Positions 9,553 through 18,248 of a stretch of DNA of 35,113 nucleotides are shown one piece after another (positions within the stretch are counted from its first letter, which is position 1; every line of letters starts with the position of its first letter). A model generated the notes under the pieces. The model had not been told where the DNA came from, did no database searches, and saw only the letters and a list, made by a program, of their open reading frames with translations. The DNA comes from Candidatus Bathyarchaeia archaeon (GTDB lineage: Archaea; Thermoproteota; Bathyarchaeia; Bathyarchaeales; Bathycorpusculaceae): NCBI GenBank assembly GCA_050012755.1, contig JBEKGO010000027.1, positions 1-35,113 of the forward strand, read 5' to 3'. The position numbers and the translations under genes were made by a program.

Positions 9553-9720
9553 CCGTGCCTCCCCTTAGCTTAGCCAACAATTTACTCAGGCAAGATTAAA
9601 AGCGTTTAGTCCAAGAAAATCTTAGTTCTCTGTGAAACTTGTTATTTGACGGATTTTCTTAGCAGGTTTTTTCTTTGTGATTTAAGTTGCTTTTCAAGTT
9701 TAGGGTTTGCAATGTTTGCA

Positions 9721-9810
9721 GGTTGCGTGTTTATTTGTGTGGATTTGTGTTGAAATGTGTCTAATTGTGTTAAATTGTGTCGTTATGTGTAGTTTTGTGT
9801 GGAATTGTGC
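9721..9810. repeat. Array of nine 10-bp-phased degenerate repeats, consensus NNNWWTGTGT
   Basis: Consecutive decamers ggttgcgtgt, ttatttgtgt, ggatttgtgt, tgaaatgtgt, ctaattgtgt, taaattgtgt, cgttatgtgt, agttttgtgt, ggaattgtgc. Confidence 0.9.
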
Positions 9811-9916
9811 GAAAACGGGGTGATTATTATAAGGTTTCTGCGCAAGATTTTGTCCTCTGTGCATTGGGTTGCCTTTTTAAAAATGGGTTTGATTCGCGGG
9901 CAGACTGCGTATATAG

Positions 9917-9966
9917 AAGTACACAAAAGTACAAGGAAGTACACAGAGGTACAAGCACGTACACCT
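9917..9966. repeat. Array of five 10-bp-phased repeats with core GTACA
   Basis: GTACA at 9919, 9929, 9939, 9949 and 9959 (aagtacacaa aagtacaagg aagtacacag aggtacaagc acgtacacct), alternating ACAC/ACAA. Confidence 0.88.
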
Positions 9967-10046
9967 GCGGAAATAAGACAATGTTAGGCATCTCAAACTA
10001 ACTTTATTACTCTCAACTTAATTTTAAATAAAGCGAGGCACCAGTT

Positions 10047-10751
10047 ATGCCCGAAAATTCTATCCCAACACAAGAAAACAAAATAAAAGTAACAAAAAAT
10101 GGACCATACATTGTTTCAGGCGGAACCCCTCTGATGAACATGACCATAGAATGTGGCAGCCAAGGAATTCCAACCAGATGGGTCATCGGAGAAAAAATGA
10201 AAACCTCTGAAATCTACGCGCTTTGCAGATGCGGCCAATCTAATAATAAGCCATTCTGCGACGGCTCCCATATAAAAGCAAATTTTGACGGAACAGAAGT
10301 AAGTGACAACGAATCCTTTGAGCAAATGGCTAAAGAAATTGCCGGTCCAGAATTGAAACTGAAAGATGCTGAGATACTTTGTGCCTCTGCCCGTTTCTGC
10401 CATAGAGGCGGCGATATTTGGGAAACAATTCACAGAACAAATAAACCTGACGCAAAGAAAAATGTAATTGAAAACGCAAGTGATTGTCCCTCAGGCAGAC
10501 TAGTGGTCATAGATAAAAAAACAGGTCAAACCATTGAGCCCACGTTAGAGAAATCAATCGGTGCAGTTCACGATCCAAGCAAAGAAGTTGATGGGCCCTT
10601 TTGGGTTCGAGGAGGCATACCGGTCTATTCTGCCGATGGAAAACTCTATCAAATCCGGAACCGGGTGACTCTTTGCCGCTGTGGAAAATCCACAAATAAA
10701 CCATTTTGCGATAGCAGTCATTATCCAGAAGAAGATGATAGGGAGAGATAA
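10047..10751 (+). CDS. CDGSH iron-sulfur protein (two CDGSH domains flanking a divergent ferredoxin-like DUF1271-type domain)
   Basis: LCRCGQSNNKPFCDGSH and LCRCGKSTNKPFCDSSH, with central CASARFC...CPSGRL. Confidence 0.92.
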   Translation: MPENSIPTQENKIKVTKNGPYIVSGGTPLMNMTIECGSQGIPTRWVIGEKMKTSEIYALCRCGQSNNKPFCDGSHIKANFDGTEVSDNESFEQMAKEIAGPELKLKDAEILCASARFCHRGGDIWETIHRTNKPDAKKNVIENASDCPSGRLVVIDKKTGQTIEPTLEKSIGAVHDPSKEVDGPFWVRGGIPVYSADGKLYQIRNRVTLCRCGKSTNKPFCDSSHYPEEDDRER

Positions 10752-10754
10752 AAA

Positions 10755-11081
10755 ATGGTTGACAAAAACCTCGAACTAAAAGAAGGAAACATAGAGGATA
10801 TTTTGCGTTCTAAAGAGAAAACATATGTTCTTTTTTACGCGTCATGGTGCCCATTTTCACAGATGTTTTTACCGATTTTTAAAGCATACCAAAAAGATAA
10901 CCCCACGGAATGCCTAAGCATCATGATTGATGACAAACCGGAAATATGCGACAAATACGCAATCAATTATTATCCCACAGTTCTTCTTTTCAAAAAAGGA
11001 ACCGTACACAAAAGACTCGATGCTACTCCAGGCGCAGGATTAACAAAAAAACAGCTGTCAAAATTCACAGAAAACCCGTAA
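10755..11081 (+). CDS. Thioredoxin family protein (CxxS active site)
   Basis: VLFYASWCPFS and cis-Pro motif YYPTVLLFKKG. Starts 3 bp after the CDGSH gene. Confidence 0.9.
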   Translation: MVDKNLELKEGNIEDILRSKEKTYVLFYASWCPFSQMFLPIFKAYQKDNPTECLSIMIDDKPEICDKYAINYYPTVLLFKKGTVHKRLDATPGAGLTKKQLSKFTENP

Positions 11082-11150
11082 ACATTTCAAGAACAAGCAA
11101 CCATTGCAAACCATAATCTCGATTTTCTATTTTTCCTTTGAAAAGTTAAT

Positions 11151-11771
11151 TTAGCTATCTATTTTTTGTGTTAAGGATTGGTTGACTACTGAAGCGTAGT
11201 ATGCCCTGTTTATCTCAATAAACATCAATGGCCCCGAAGTTTGCGAAATCACACGCGCACGACGCAAAACATTATTCAAAAACTCCACTGTTTTTCCATT
11301 GTCAAATTTCAAATCATCCTTGGCTAACTCCATTTTCAAAACATGTTCCGCCAAAATTTGAGTCCCGCAGATCTCTCCATTATTTATCAAGGCAGATTGG
11401 ACAATGTCCATTAATTCTTCTTTGCAATCTAATGTTTCCCATGCAGGTTGTGCTTCCTCAAGAGTTTTTTGAAGATCATTATGTTCCGTTTTACGCTGAT
11501 TCCCTACTAATAATTTAACCCGTTCTTGCCACTTCTTCATCCAAGCGGCAGTCCAAATGCTTAAAAAAGATTCAAGCTCCGACAATTCTTTCTTTGAGAA
11601 TTTTTCGACTTTTTCTTCAAAAGGCAAATTATTTGCTGATTTGTATTTAAATTTCATGTAGTTGGCGAAGTCTTGGCATGCGAACTTGAACAATTTGCGG
11701 TCAGAACCTTGCAGGTCAAGCGTTGAATCTATCTTCTTGATTTTGCCAGCTATCAATGTTTCAATAGTCAT
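11151..11771 (-). CDS. Hypothetical protein
   Basis: 206-aa ORF from the ATG at 11771 with an AGGAG SD. Charged, helical-looking composition and no recognisable motif. Confidence 0.75.
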   Translation of the reverse strand: MTIETLIAGKIKKIDSTLDLQGSDRKLFKFACQDFANYMKFKYKSANNLPFEEKVEKFSKKELSELESFLSIWTAAWMKKWQERVKLLVGNQRKTEHNDLQKTLEEAQPAWETLDCKEELMDIVQSALINNGEICGTQILAEHVLKMELAKDDLKFDNGKTVEFLNNVLRRARVISQTSGPLMFIEINRAYYASVVNQSLTQKIDS

Positions 11772-12021
11772 GTTTTTTCTCCTTTCCGTATTGACGCGAG
11801 TCAATAACACCTATTTTCTTTGTCAAGCCAATATAACTGCTTTAGGCTCAATTTGACAATATTTCAGTTTATGATATATTGCATCAGTTGTCAAGATTTT
11901 TCGGTTTCCAGAAGCAGTACAAGATTGAGTCAAACAAACATTTTGTACACTTGTTTGTAAGACAATTATGTTTTTATTTTTCTTCGTTTAATATGATATA
12001 ATCGTGCATTGGCGATAACAT

Positions 12022-12237
12022 ATGTCTTCAACGTACACAATCCGCATACCTCACGATCTCAAAGAAAAAATGGAAAAAAACCCGGAAGAATGGAGCCGGG
12101 AAATTAGACGTTTCCTTGAAGAAAGAGTTAGGCAAATTGAACTCATAAAAACGATACAACAGATAGAATCAAGAGCCGAAAAAAGGAAAACAAAAGTAGA
12201 CTCAACTATTCTAATTAGAGAGAACCGAGAACGATAA
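12022..12237 (+). CDS. Ribbon-helix-helix (VapB/CopG-like) antitoxin
   Basis: MSSTYTIRIPHDLKEKM...WSREIRRFLEE and C-terminal STILIRENRER typical of archaeal VapB. Overlaps a PIN remnant. Confidence 0.8.
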   Translation: MSSTYTIRIPHDLKEKMEKNPEEWSREIRRFLEERVRQIELIKTIQQIESRAEKRKTKVDSTILIRENRER

Positions 12238-12371
12238 AATTAATCCTCGACTCCAATATTCTTTCCAAACTAGTATTGAACGAGTCTGGTTCCAGAGAAG
12301 CTAGAAATGAGGTCACCAACTTCTTAAAACAAGAATATAGCCTTCTGGGAACCTTTAAAAGTAATATATGA
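12234..12371 (+). pseudogene. Truncated PIN-domain (VapC) toxin remnant
   Basis: The frame from the ATA at 12234 reads IKLILDSNILSKLVLNESGSREARNEV..., a PIN N-terminal hhhDSN motif, and stops after 45 codons. Confidence 0.7.
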
Positions 12372-12394
12372 CAATTTTACGCTCAGATTAAAAG

Positions 12395-12640
12395 ATGGAA
12401 ACAGAAATAATCGTAAAAAAGAAAGGTCAAACAACCATTCCTGTTAGAATTCGCAAAAAGTTTAAAATTGAAGAAGGCACACGGCTTCAAGTGCTTGAAA
12501 CAAAAGAAGGTATATTGCTGAAGCCTGAAAAATCGATATGGGATCTAATAGGCACCGGCTCAGAATCTGCTAGTGTTGAAGAAATGAACAAATTTCTTGA
12601 CAAGCTAAGGCATGAAAATGACTTTGCAAGGAAACATTAG
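12395..12640 (+). CDS. AbrB/MazE/SpoVT family DNA-binding protein (antitoxin-like)
   Basis: KKGQTTIPVRIRKKFKIEEGTRL...GILLKP signature. Confidence 0.9.
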   Translation: METEIIVKKKGQTTIPVRIRKKFKIEEGTRLQVLETKEGILLKPEKSIWDLIGTGSESASVEEMNKFLDKLRHENDFARKH

Positions 12641-12836
12641 ACTTCAGTATGTCATGAAAACCATCGTTCTTTGAGCTGTCAATTTTTAATATATTGCCGT
12701 TTCTGGAATATTGCTTATATGCTTTTTTTGTGGTTTGCTTGTTGAGAAGGATCTGAGGAGAAGGAGAAGGCTTCAAATTATTTTCGATAATGAGAAAAAA
12801 GGTTTGAAATCAAAGCAGGTGGAGAGCTAAATTAGA

Positions 12837-13064
12837 ATGGCAACTCAAAAGGCAACAGATGAAATTCGAAATCTTCTAAGAAATGCAAAGATGGATTTTG
12901 AGGAAATAGAGAATAAAGCGTTAAATGCTTATCTCCCAAAGATATTTCAAAGATGCCCATATACAGACGAGATTTGCATGACAAAACAATGTGTAGAATG
13001 CGCCATCTTCACAAATCATGGAGATAAACTGACCTTGCAGTCGAGAGTAAAGAAATCAAAGTGA
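12837..13064 (+). CDS. Small hypothetical protein with four Cys (CPYTDEICMTKQCVEC)
   Basis: 75-aa ORF with a GGTGGAG SD-like sequence upstream and clustered cysteines. Confidence 0.55.
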   Translation: MATQKATDEIRNLLRNAKMDFEEIENKALNAYLPKIFQRCPYTDEICMTKQCVECAIFTNHGDKLTLQSRVKKSK

Positions 13065-13450
13065 CACTGTGAAGAACTTATCTTTTTGACTGACGCCAGA
13101 AACTGTTTTTGATATGTTACGTTTTTTGAAATATGGCTTATATGGTTTTTTATGGTTTGCCTGCTAGAAAGGTGTAGGTTGAATGGAAAATCTTGTTTCA
13201 CTTCCAAGAAGAGCTAACGGTTCGTTCTTTGCTTCACTTTAAAGAGGAGTAACAAAGCTGAGCGCAATTTAGGTTGTCTTTGATTCTGATCCGCTTCCAT
13301 CAGGAAGGGATTTTATAGCTTACGCTATGACTTTTGTTTTGTTATTGAAAGAGGCCTTGAATTGTCCATGGGAGAAGCTGAATGTATGTTTGGGAGAGAT
13401 ACACGTATGTGTTATGAAGTTTTATTAGTTGCCAGCACCGATGGCAATCT

Positions 13451-13636
13451 ATGCCAAGACGAAACAGAGTCGCATCTTTCCTGGCGATGCCGATAGGTGT
13501 CTTTCTCTGGATCATCGGGTGGAGTCTCTACTATGTCGGGTCCAAACGAGAATCATCAAAACCAAAACCGAAATCATCTATCCAGCGAGAGCTCATCATG
13601 TTTGTACCCACCCCAGAACAAAAGTATGCAAGCTAA
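13451..13636 (+). CDS. Small single-pass membrane protein
   Basis: MPRRNR basic N-terminus followed by the hydrophobic helix FLAMPIGVFLWIIGWSLYYVG. A TTTATTA TATA-like sequence lies about 30 bp upstream. Confidence 0.6.
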   Translation: MPRRNRVASFLAMPIGVFLWIIGWSLYYVGSKRESSKPKPKSSIQRELIMFVPTPEQKYAS

Positions 13637-13749
13637 CATACACGGAAACGCGTAGAGACAGATGCGGACCAAAAAGTTAGGGATGAAAGTGCTGACATAT
13701 ATCAGTTTTTTCCATATCCTCTTAAATAAGACTTCACCGCAATATAATA

Positions 13750-14469
13750 TTGAAAATTGGACTGATCGTTTTGGCGAAAGGAGATAAACAGGGGTTCCCC
13801 TCGACGCAGGTTATCATAGCTGCGTTGAATGAGGAAGAAGGCATCGGGCTCACAATAGCTGAGCTTATAGACACCCTTGAGTCTCCACGTGTCCTGGTAG
13901 TTGATGGAAGAAGCACTGACAGAACCGTTGAAATAGCAAAGAACATGGGCGCCGAAATCTTGCGTCAAGACGGCTTCGGCAAAGGCGACGCAATTGCAAA
14001 GGCGATTGCGAAAATGGACCTAGCAGTTGATTACATCGTCCTCACAGACGCGGACTACACTTACCCTGCCGAATATATTCCAGAAATGATTAGGCTTTTA
14101 GAGGAACATCCAAGTGTCGGCATGGTCTGCGGAGACAGATTCAGATATGAACTCCAACTAGGTGAAATGCACCAGATACTCTATTTTGGAAACCGCATCA
14201 TCGCTTTCACCCACAACCTACTAAACGGAGTACAATTAAATGATCCACTGACAGGGCTACGGGTAGTGCGCGCAGAAATCCTCAGGAAATGGAAAGTAAG
14301 ATCCAAAGGCTTCGACGTTGAAGTAGAACTCAACCATCAAGTGGAACGGGAAGGCTTTGATATCATGGAAATTCCCATTAAATATCGAGAAAGATTAGGC
14401 CAGAAAAAGCTAGGCGTTAGAAATGGCGCCGAAATCTTGAGACGCATAATGCTAGAAACAACATATTAA
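13750..14469 (+). CDS. Glycosyltransferase family 2 (dolichol-phosphate glycosyltransferase-like)
   Basis: IAALNEEEGI, VVDGRSTDRT, LTDADYTYP, DPLTGLR, YRERLGQKKL. Confidence 0.92.
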   Translation: MKIGLIVLAKGDKQGFPSTQVIIAALNEEEGIGLTIAELIDTLESPRVLVVDGRSTDRTVEIAKNMGAEILRQDGFGKGDAIAKAIAKMDLAVDYIVLTDADYTYPAEYIPEMIRLLEEHPSVGMVCGDRFRYELQLGEMHQILYFGNRIIAFTHNLLNGVQLNDPLTGLRVVRAEILRKWKVRSKGFDVEVELNHQVEREGFDIMEIPIKYRERLGQKKLGVRNGAEILRRIMLETTY

Positions 14470-14625
14470 TTGCAGGTTCGCAATGGCGTGAAGCGCATTT
14501 CTAATTTCAATTAACTAAAAGTTAAGGGCAAGCAATCGAGGAATTTCTGGAATATGAAATCGTTCAACGTGTCTCTAAAAAGCTTAAATTCAAAACCATA
14601 ATTAGAGATGAGTGAGGATTTCTGT

Positions 14626-15141
14626 ATGAGTGTCCTTGATATTTTGAAGAAGAGGCGCAGTATTCGCAAGTATCAGACCAAGCCTGTTGAAGTCGAAAAA
14701 ATAACTGAGGTTTTGGAAGCTGCAAGATTAGGGCCATCTGCTAATAATCAACAACCCTGCTACTTCATAGTGATTACTCAGCCTGAAGCGCGAGAAAGCC
14801 TAAGAGCTGCCTACAAGGCAGACTGGTTTGTTCATGCTCCAGTAATAATTGTTGGGTGCGTGAACCCGAAGGAAGGTTGGAAACGGGGAACGTTCGGCGA
14901 GGAATACTGGAAGGTTGACTTGGCAATAGCGATGCAGAATCTGATTTTAGCTGCGACGGAACTGGGACTTGGTACTTGCTGGATAGCTAACTTTGACGAA
15001 AATGCAGTAAAGAAAGCTCTAAATATACCCAAGGAAATTCGAGTAGTCGCAATGACTCCGTTAGGTTATCCAGATGAGGAAAAAGGTTCAGTGACTGACC
15101 GAAAGCCATTAGAAAAGATAGTTCATTATGAAAAATGGTAA
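14626..15141 (+). CDS. Nitroreductase family protein
   Basis: RRSIRKY, ARLGPSANNQQP, LAATELGLGTCWI, LGYP...RKPL. Alternative ATG at 14608. Confidence 0.93.
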   Translation: MSVLDILKKRRSIRKYQTKPVEVEKITEVLEAARLGPSANNQQPCYFIVITQPEARESLRAAYKADWFVHAPVIIVGCVNPKEGWKRGTFGEEYWKVDLAIAMQNLILAATELGLGTCWIANFDENAVKKALNIPKEIRVVAMTPLGYPDEEKGSVTDRKPLEKIVHYEKW

Positions 15142-15176
15142 AAAAGCAAAATGATAAACATGGTTTTGGTTCAAGG

Positions 15177-16052
15177 TTAAATTTTAGGTAAAGATGCACG
15201 TGCGATAATTTGATCTATCCTTGATACTTCGATTTGTTCATTTGACGACAAGAAGTCACATAACCATTTAAATTTGCTAATTTCCTCTGCGTTCGTGCTG
15301 TTTTTAGGTTTGAGTTTGCCTATCCAATCTTTAGCTGTCAAGTTTGCGGCTGCAAGAGATCTTACAGATAAAACGTTGTTTCCAACATTCTTTATGGTTT
15401 GAGATGGATTGGAAAAAAGCTTTTTTGCGGTAAGTTTGGGCCCGATGTCTCCTTTTGAGCCGTGGTAAACAAAAATGCTCCAGTAGTTATTTTCGATTGC
15501 TGTATCTAATATTTTCTTAATTTTCTTTTGGAATGTCTGCATTGGCATGTTAGCTAGTGATTTGGTCTCGTGGGCGTAAATGTGTTCTATTGGAAAAACT
15601 TTGAGCTCAAACCTTCTTGGTCGTGTGTTCGAATTATAGCGGACTCCGCTTTTGTCGTCAAAAGACCATTGGTAGGTTCTTGCTCCAACGTAGTACTTCA
15701 TGGTTTCATTCAATACGTTTCTGTTGTAATCGCCAAATGGGTAAGCTAACGTTTTACAATTGAATTTGTTTAAGATTTCTTTGCTGGTTTTCAGTTCGAA
15801 GATTAGTTGTTCGTTTGTGAGGTTGGAGAGGGGGACATGAGTGTGTGTATGGCTTCCAATTTCGTTTCCTTTTTCCCATAATTCACGTATCTGGTAATCC
15901 TTGAGAAAACCTGCTTTGTTAATCCAACTTGTTACAATGTAGAATGTTGCTGGAAGATTGAAGTGTTCCAAAAGTGGAAAGTATTGTTCATACTGAATTA
16001 GGTTTCCGTTGTCGAAAGTTATTGAAACTGGTGTTCTCTTTTTCGTTTCCAT
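15177..16052 (-). CDS. Polysaccharide deacetylase (CE4/NodB-like) family protein
   Basis: SITFDNG, PATFYI, EIGSHTHTH, LAYPFG, VYH. Confidence 0.88.
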   Translation of the reverse strand: METKKRTPVSITFDNGNLIQYEQYFPLLEHFNLPATFYIVTSWINKAGFLKDYQIRELWEKGNEIGSHTHTHVPLSNLTNEQLIFELKTSKEILNKFNCKTLAYPFGDYNRNVLNETMKYYVGARTYQWSFDDKSGVRYNSNTRPRRFELKVFPIEHIYAHETKSLANMPMQTFQKKIKKILDTAIENNYWSIFVYHGSKGDIGPKLTAKKLFSNPSQTIKNVGNNVLSVRSLAAANLTAKDWIGKLKPKNSTNAEEISKFKWLCDFLSSNEQIEVSRIDQIIARASLPKI

Positions 16053-16321
16053 TGCTAGAATACCTTGCTGAATTTTTGTAACTTCTTTCTTCGGTTTGAA
16101 TGAATTTGCTCATCAGTTGAATTGATTATGCTGAAATCGAAGTTGTATATCTATTGGGTCATGACATCACTATTTGTATTTAGATTTTTGGTCCGCCTTT
16201 CGTCGAGAATTGATTCTCACTGGAGCAAAGGGAAGTGTAGTACAAGTGACTCTTGGCGTTTTGTTTTGTGAAAATTAATATTGTAGCTTTGTGCAATTGT
16301 TATTGCTTTGTGGCGGTTGGT

Positions 16322-17383
16322 TTGAAGCGCGTATCTGTTTTAGTCACATGTGCTGGCGGGGTTATTAGTCCCAGCCAAATTGGCAGCTTGCGCGATAATC
16401 CTGACGGTCGACCAATTAGAGTTGTTGCCACAGACGCAACGGTTCCATGTGTTGCCCAATATTTGGCGGATAAATTTTATCGGGTTCCTTTCGGTTCTTC
16501 TCCGGACTATTTGGAGCGTTTATTGGGTATTTGCAAACGGGAATCTGTGGAGGTTGTTTTTCCAGCGTCTCATGAGGAAGCCCTCGTTTTAGCCAAGAAT
16601 CGTACTTTGTTTGAAGACCTTGGCGCGGTCATAGCGATATCTAAATACCCTGTACTTGAGTTGGCCTGTAACAAGAAACTTGCTTACCAGAAATTGAAGG
16701 ATGCAGGTTTGCCATGTCCAGAGTTTTATGCGGTGAAAACGTTTTCTGAATTCGAAGAGGCCGCGTCTAAACTAGGTATCGAAAAAAGAAAGGTTGTCAT
16801 GAAGGCTCTGATCACTAGGGGCGGTCGTGGAACACGGATTTTGACAAAGGAAAGTACAGTCGGTTTACTTTTGAATGAGAAACCTGGTTCTCTTGAGCAG
16901 GACTACAGCGTAGTCCGCCAGATGCTACAAGGTATTGATGATGCGCATTTTCCTGAGCTTGTTCTGATGGAGTATTTGCCTGGAACAATTGTCAGCGTCG
17001 ATTTCTTAACGAAGGCCGGACACGCTTTGATTGTTGTGCCTAAGATTCGTGTTTTCGGCAATGCCAGTCAGACGCTCGTTGGAAAAGTGCATCGCGATCC
17101 TATCATCGAGGAGGCAATTGCCAAAATAAGTGAGGCTTTTGGGTTTGACTACAACATAAACATCGAAATGGCCTACAGTTCCGAAGGTGTGGCGTTGCCT
17201 TTTGATTTTAACCCTCGCATTGCCGCCTCAGTAGCCTTCTGTTCAGCTGCGGGTGCGAACTTGATTTATTTCGCTTTGAAGATGGCTTTAGGCGAAGAAG
17301 TGCCTAGAGTGGATGTGAAAGATGGCGTAATGATGCTCAGATACTTTAAGGAGCTTTACGTGGGATCAAAAAGTGAAGTGTAA
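16322..17383 (+). CDS. ATP-grasp domain protein (carbamoyl-phosphate-synthase-like; glycan-cluster ligase)
   Basis: VLVTCAGG, ADKFYRVP, K...RGGRG, MEYLPG, NIE, DFNPR. The TTG at 16322 is preferred over 16253. Confidence 0.88.
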   Translation: MKRVSVLVTCAGGVISPSQIGSLRDNPDGRPIRVVATDATVPCVAQYLADKFYRVPFGSSPDYLERLLGICKRESVEVVFPASHEEALVLAKNRTLFEDLGAVIAISKYPVLELACNKKLAYQKLKDAGLPCPEFYAVKTFSEFEEAASKLGIEKRKVVMKALITRGGRGTRILTKESTVGLLLNEKPGSLEQDYSVVRQMLQGIDDAHFPELVLMEYLPGTIVSVDFLTKAGHALIVVPKIRVFGNASQTLVGKVHRDPIIEEAIAKISEAFGFDYNINIEMAYSSEGVALPFDFNPRIAASVAFCSAAGANLIYFALKMALGEEVPRVDVKDGVMMLRYFKELYVGSKSEV

Positions 17384-17385
17384 GC

Positions 17386-18075
17386 ATGACTCGGGTATCC
17401 GCTGTTGTTTTTGATCTTGACAACGTTCTCTACGATGAAAAAGAGTACGTTTACGCGGCTTTTCGTAGCATTGCACATTTCCTTTCTGGGAAATGTGGGT
17501 TTTCGGAAGATCAGGTTTATTCAAAGTTAGTATTTGATTTTGAGAAGAAAGGTAGCATGTATCCAAGACTTTTCAATGATGCTTTGTCTGATCTTGGTCT
17601 TGATCAGAACTTGGTTCCAGAAATTTTGAAGTTGTATGCCCTAGTGGATTCCAAGGTGGAGCTTTTTCTCGAGGCAACGAGTGTGCTTTTAGCTCTGCGT
17701 AGCCTAGGGTTGAAATTGGCTTTGGTTACTAACGGTAATGTTCGGATTCAAAGTAATAAGGTTCGTTTGCTTGGGGTTGAGAAGTTTTTTGATGTTGTCG
17801 TTTATGCACGTGAAACTCCGTCCGCCAGGGAGAAGCCTTATCCTGAAGCCTATGAAATGGCTTTGCAAAAACTTGGGGTAGGTGCCGGAGAAGCGATTAG
17901 TGTTGGTGATAATCCGCATACTGATTTTTTGGGGGCTAAACAATTGGGCATGCGGACGGTTCGTGTTCTTTGGGGAGAATTTAAAGATGTCCATTTGAGT
18001 GAGGAATATGAAGCTGAGATTGTTCTACATACTCTCCCTGATCTTCTTGGGGTTGTTAAGCAGCTTAATAGTTAG
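17386..18075 (+). CDS. HAD-superfamily hydrolase
   Basis: VFDLDNVLYD, LVTNG, KPYP, VGDNPHTDF. Confidence 0.93.
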   Translation: MTRVSAVVFDLDNVLYDEKEYVYAAFRSIAHFLSGKCGFSEDQVYSKLVFDFEKKGSMYPRLFNDALSDLGLDQNLVPEILKLYALVDSKVELFLEATSVLLALRSLGLKLALVTNGNVRIQSNKVRLLGVEKFFDVVVYARETPSAREKPYPEAYEMALQKLGVGAGEAISVGDNPHTDFLGAKQLGMRTVRVLWGEFKDVHLSEEYEAEIVLHTLPDLLGVVKQLNS

Positions 18076-18173
18076 TCTGCATTACAAACTTGGTTTAGAT
18101 GGTGTGTTTTTCTGTTGGACAGTTTGTTAGCTATTGCTTTTTTGGAATAAAAGTTATATGTAAGGTACGTTTA

Positions 18174-18248
18174 TGTTCTATAACTTAGATTGAGAGATGC
18201 AGATAAAAAGCCTACTGTTCTAGAACAAAAATTACTTGTTCTAGAACT
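18174..18248. promoter_or_regulatory. Three copies of palindrome TGTTCTAGAACA (putative transcription-factor sites)
   Basis: TGTTCTATAACT at 18174, TGTTCTAGAACA at 18216, TGTTCTAGAACT at 18237, spaced 42 and 21 bp. Confidence 0.6.

Noticed and set aside
9721-9966. CRISPR array or coding explanation (ORFs 9777-10001 and 9799-9987) for the repeats
   Set aside because: Units are 10 bp with no unique 30-40-bp spacers and there are no cas genes. A 10-bp period does not fit codon-level repeats, and the ORFs look spurious.
13210-13312. Short hairpins in the intergenic region (such as CTTCC-ATCA-GGAAG)
   Set aside because: The stems are short and imperfect and match no RNA family I recognise.
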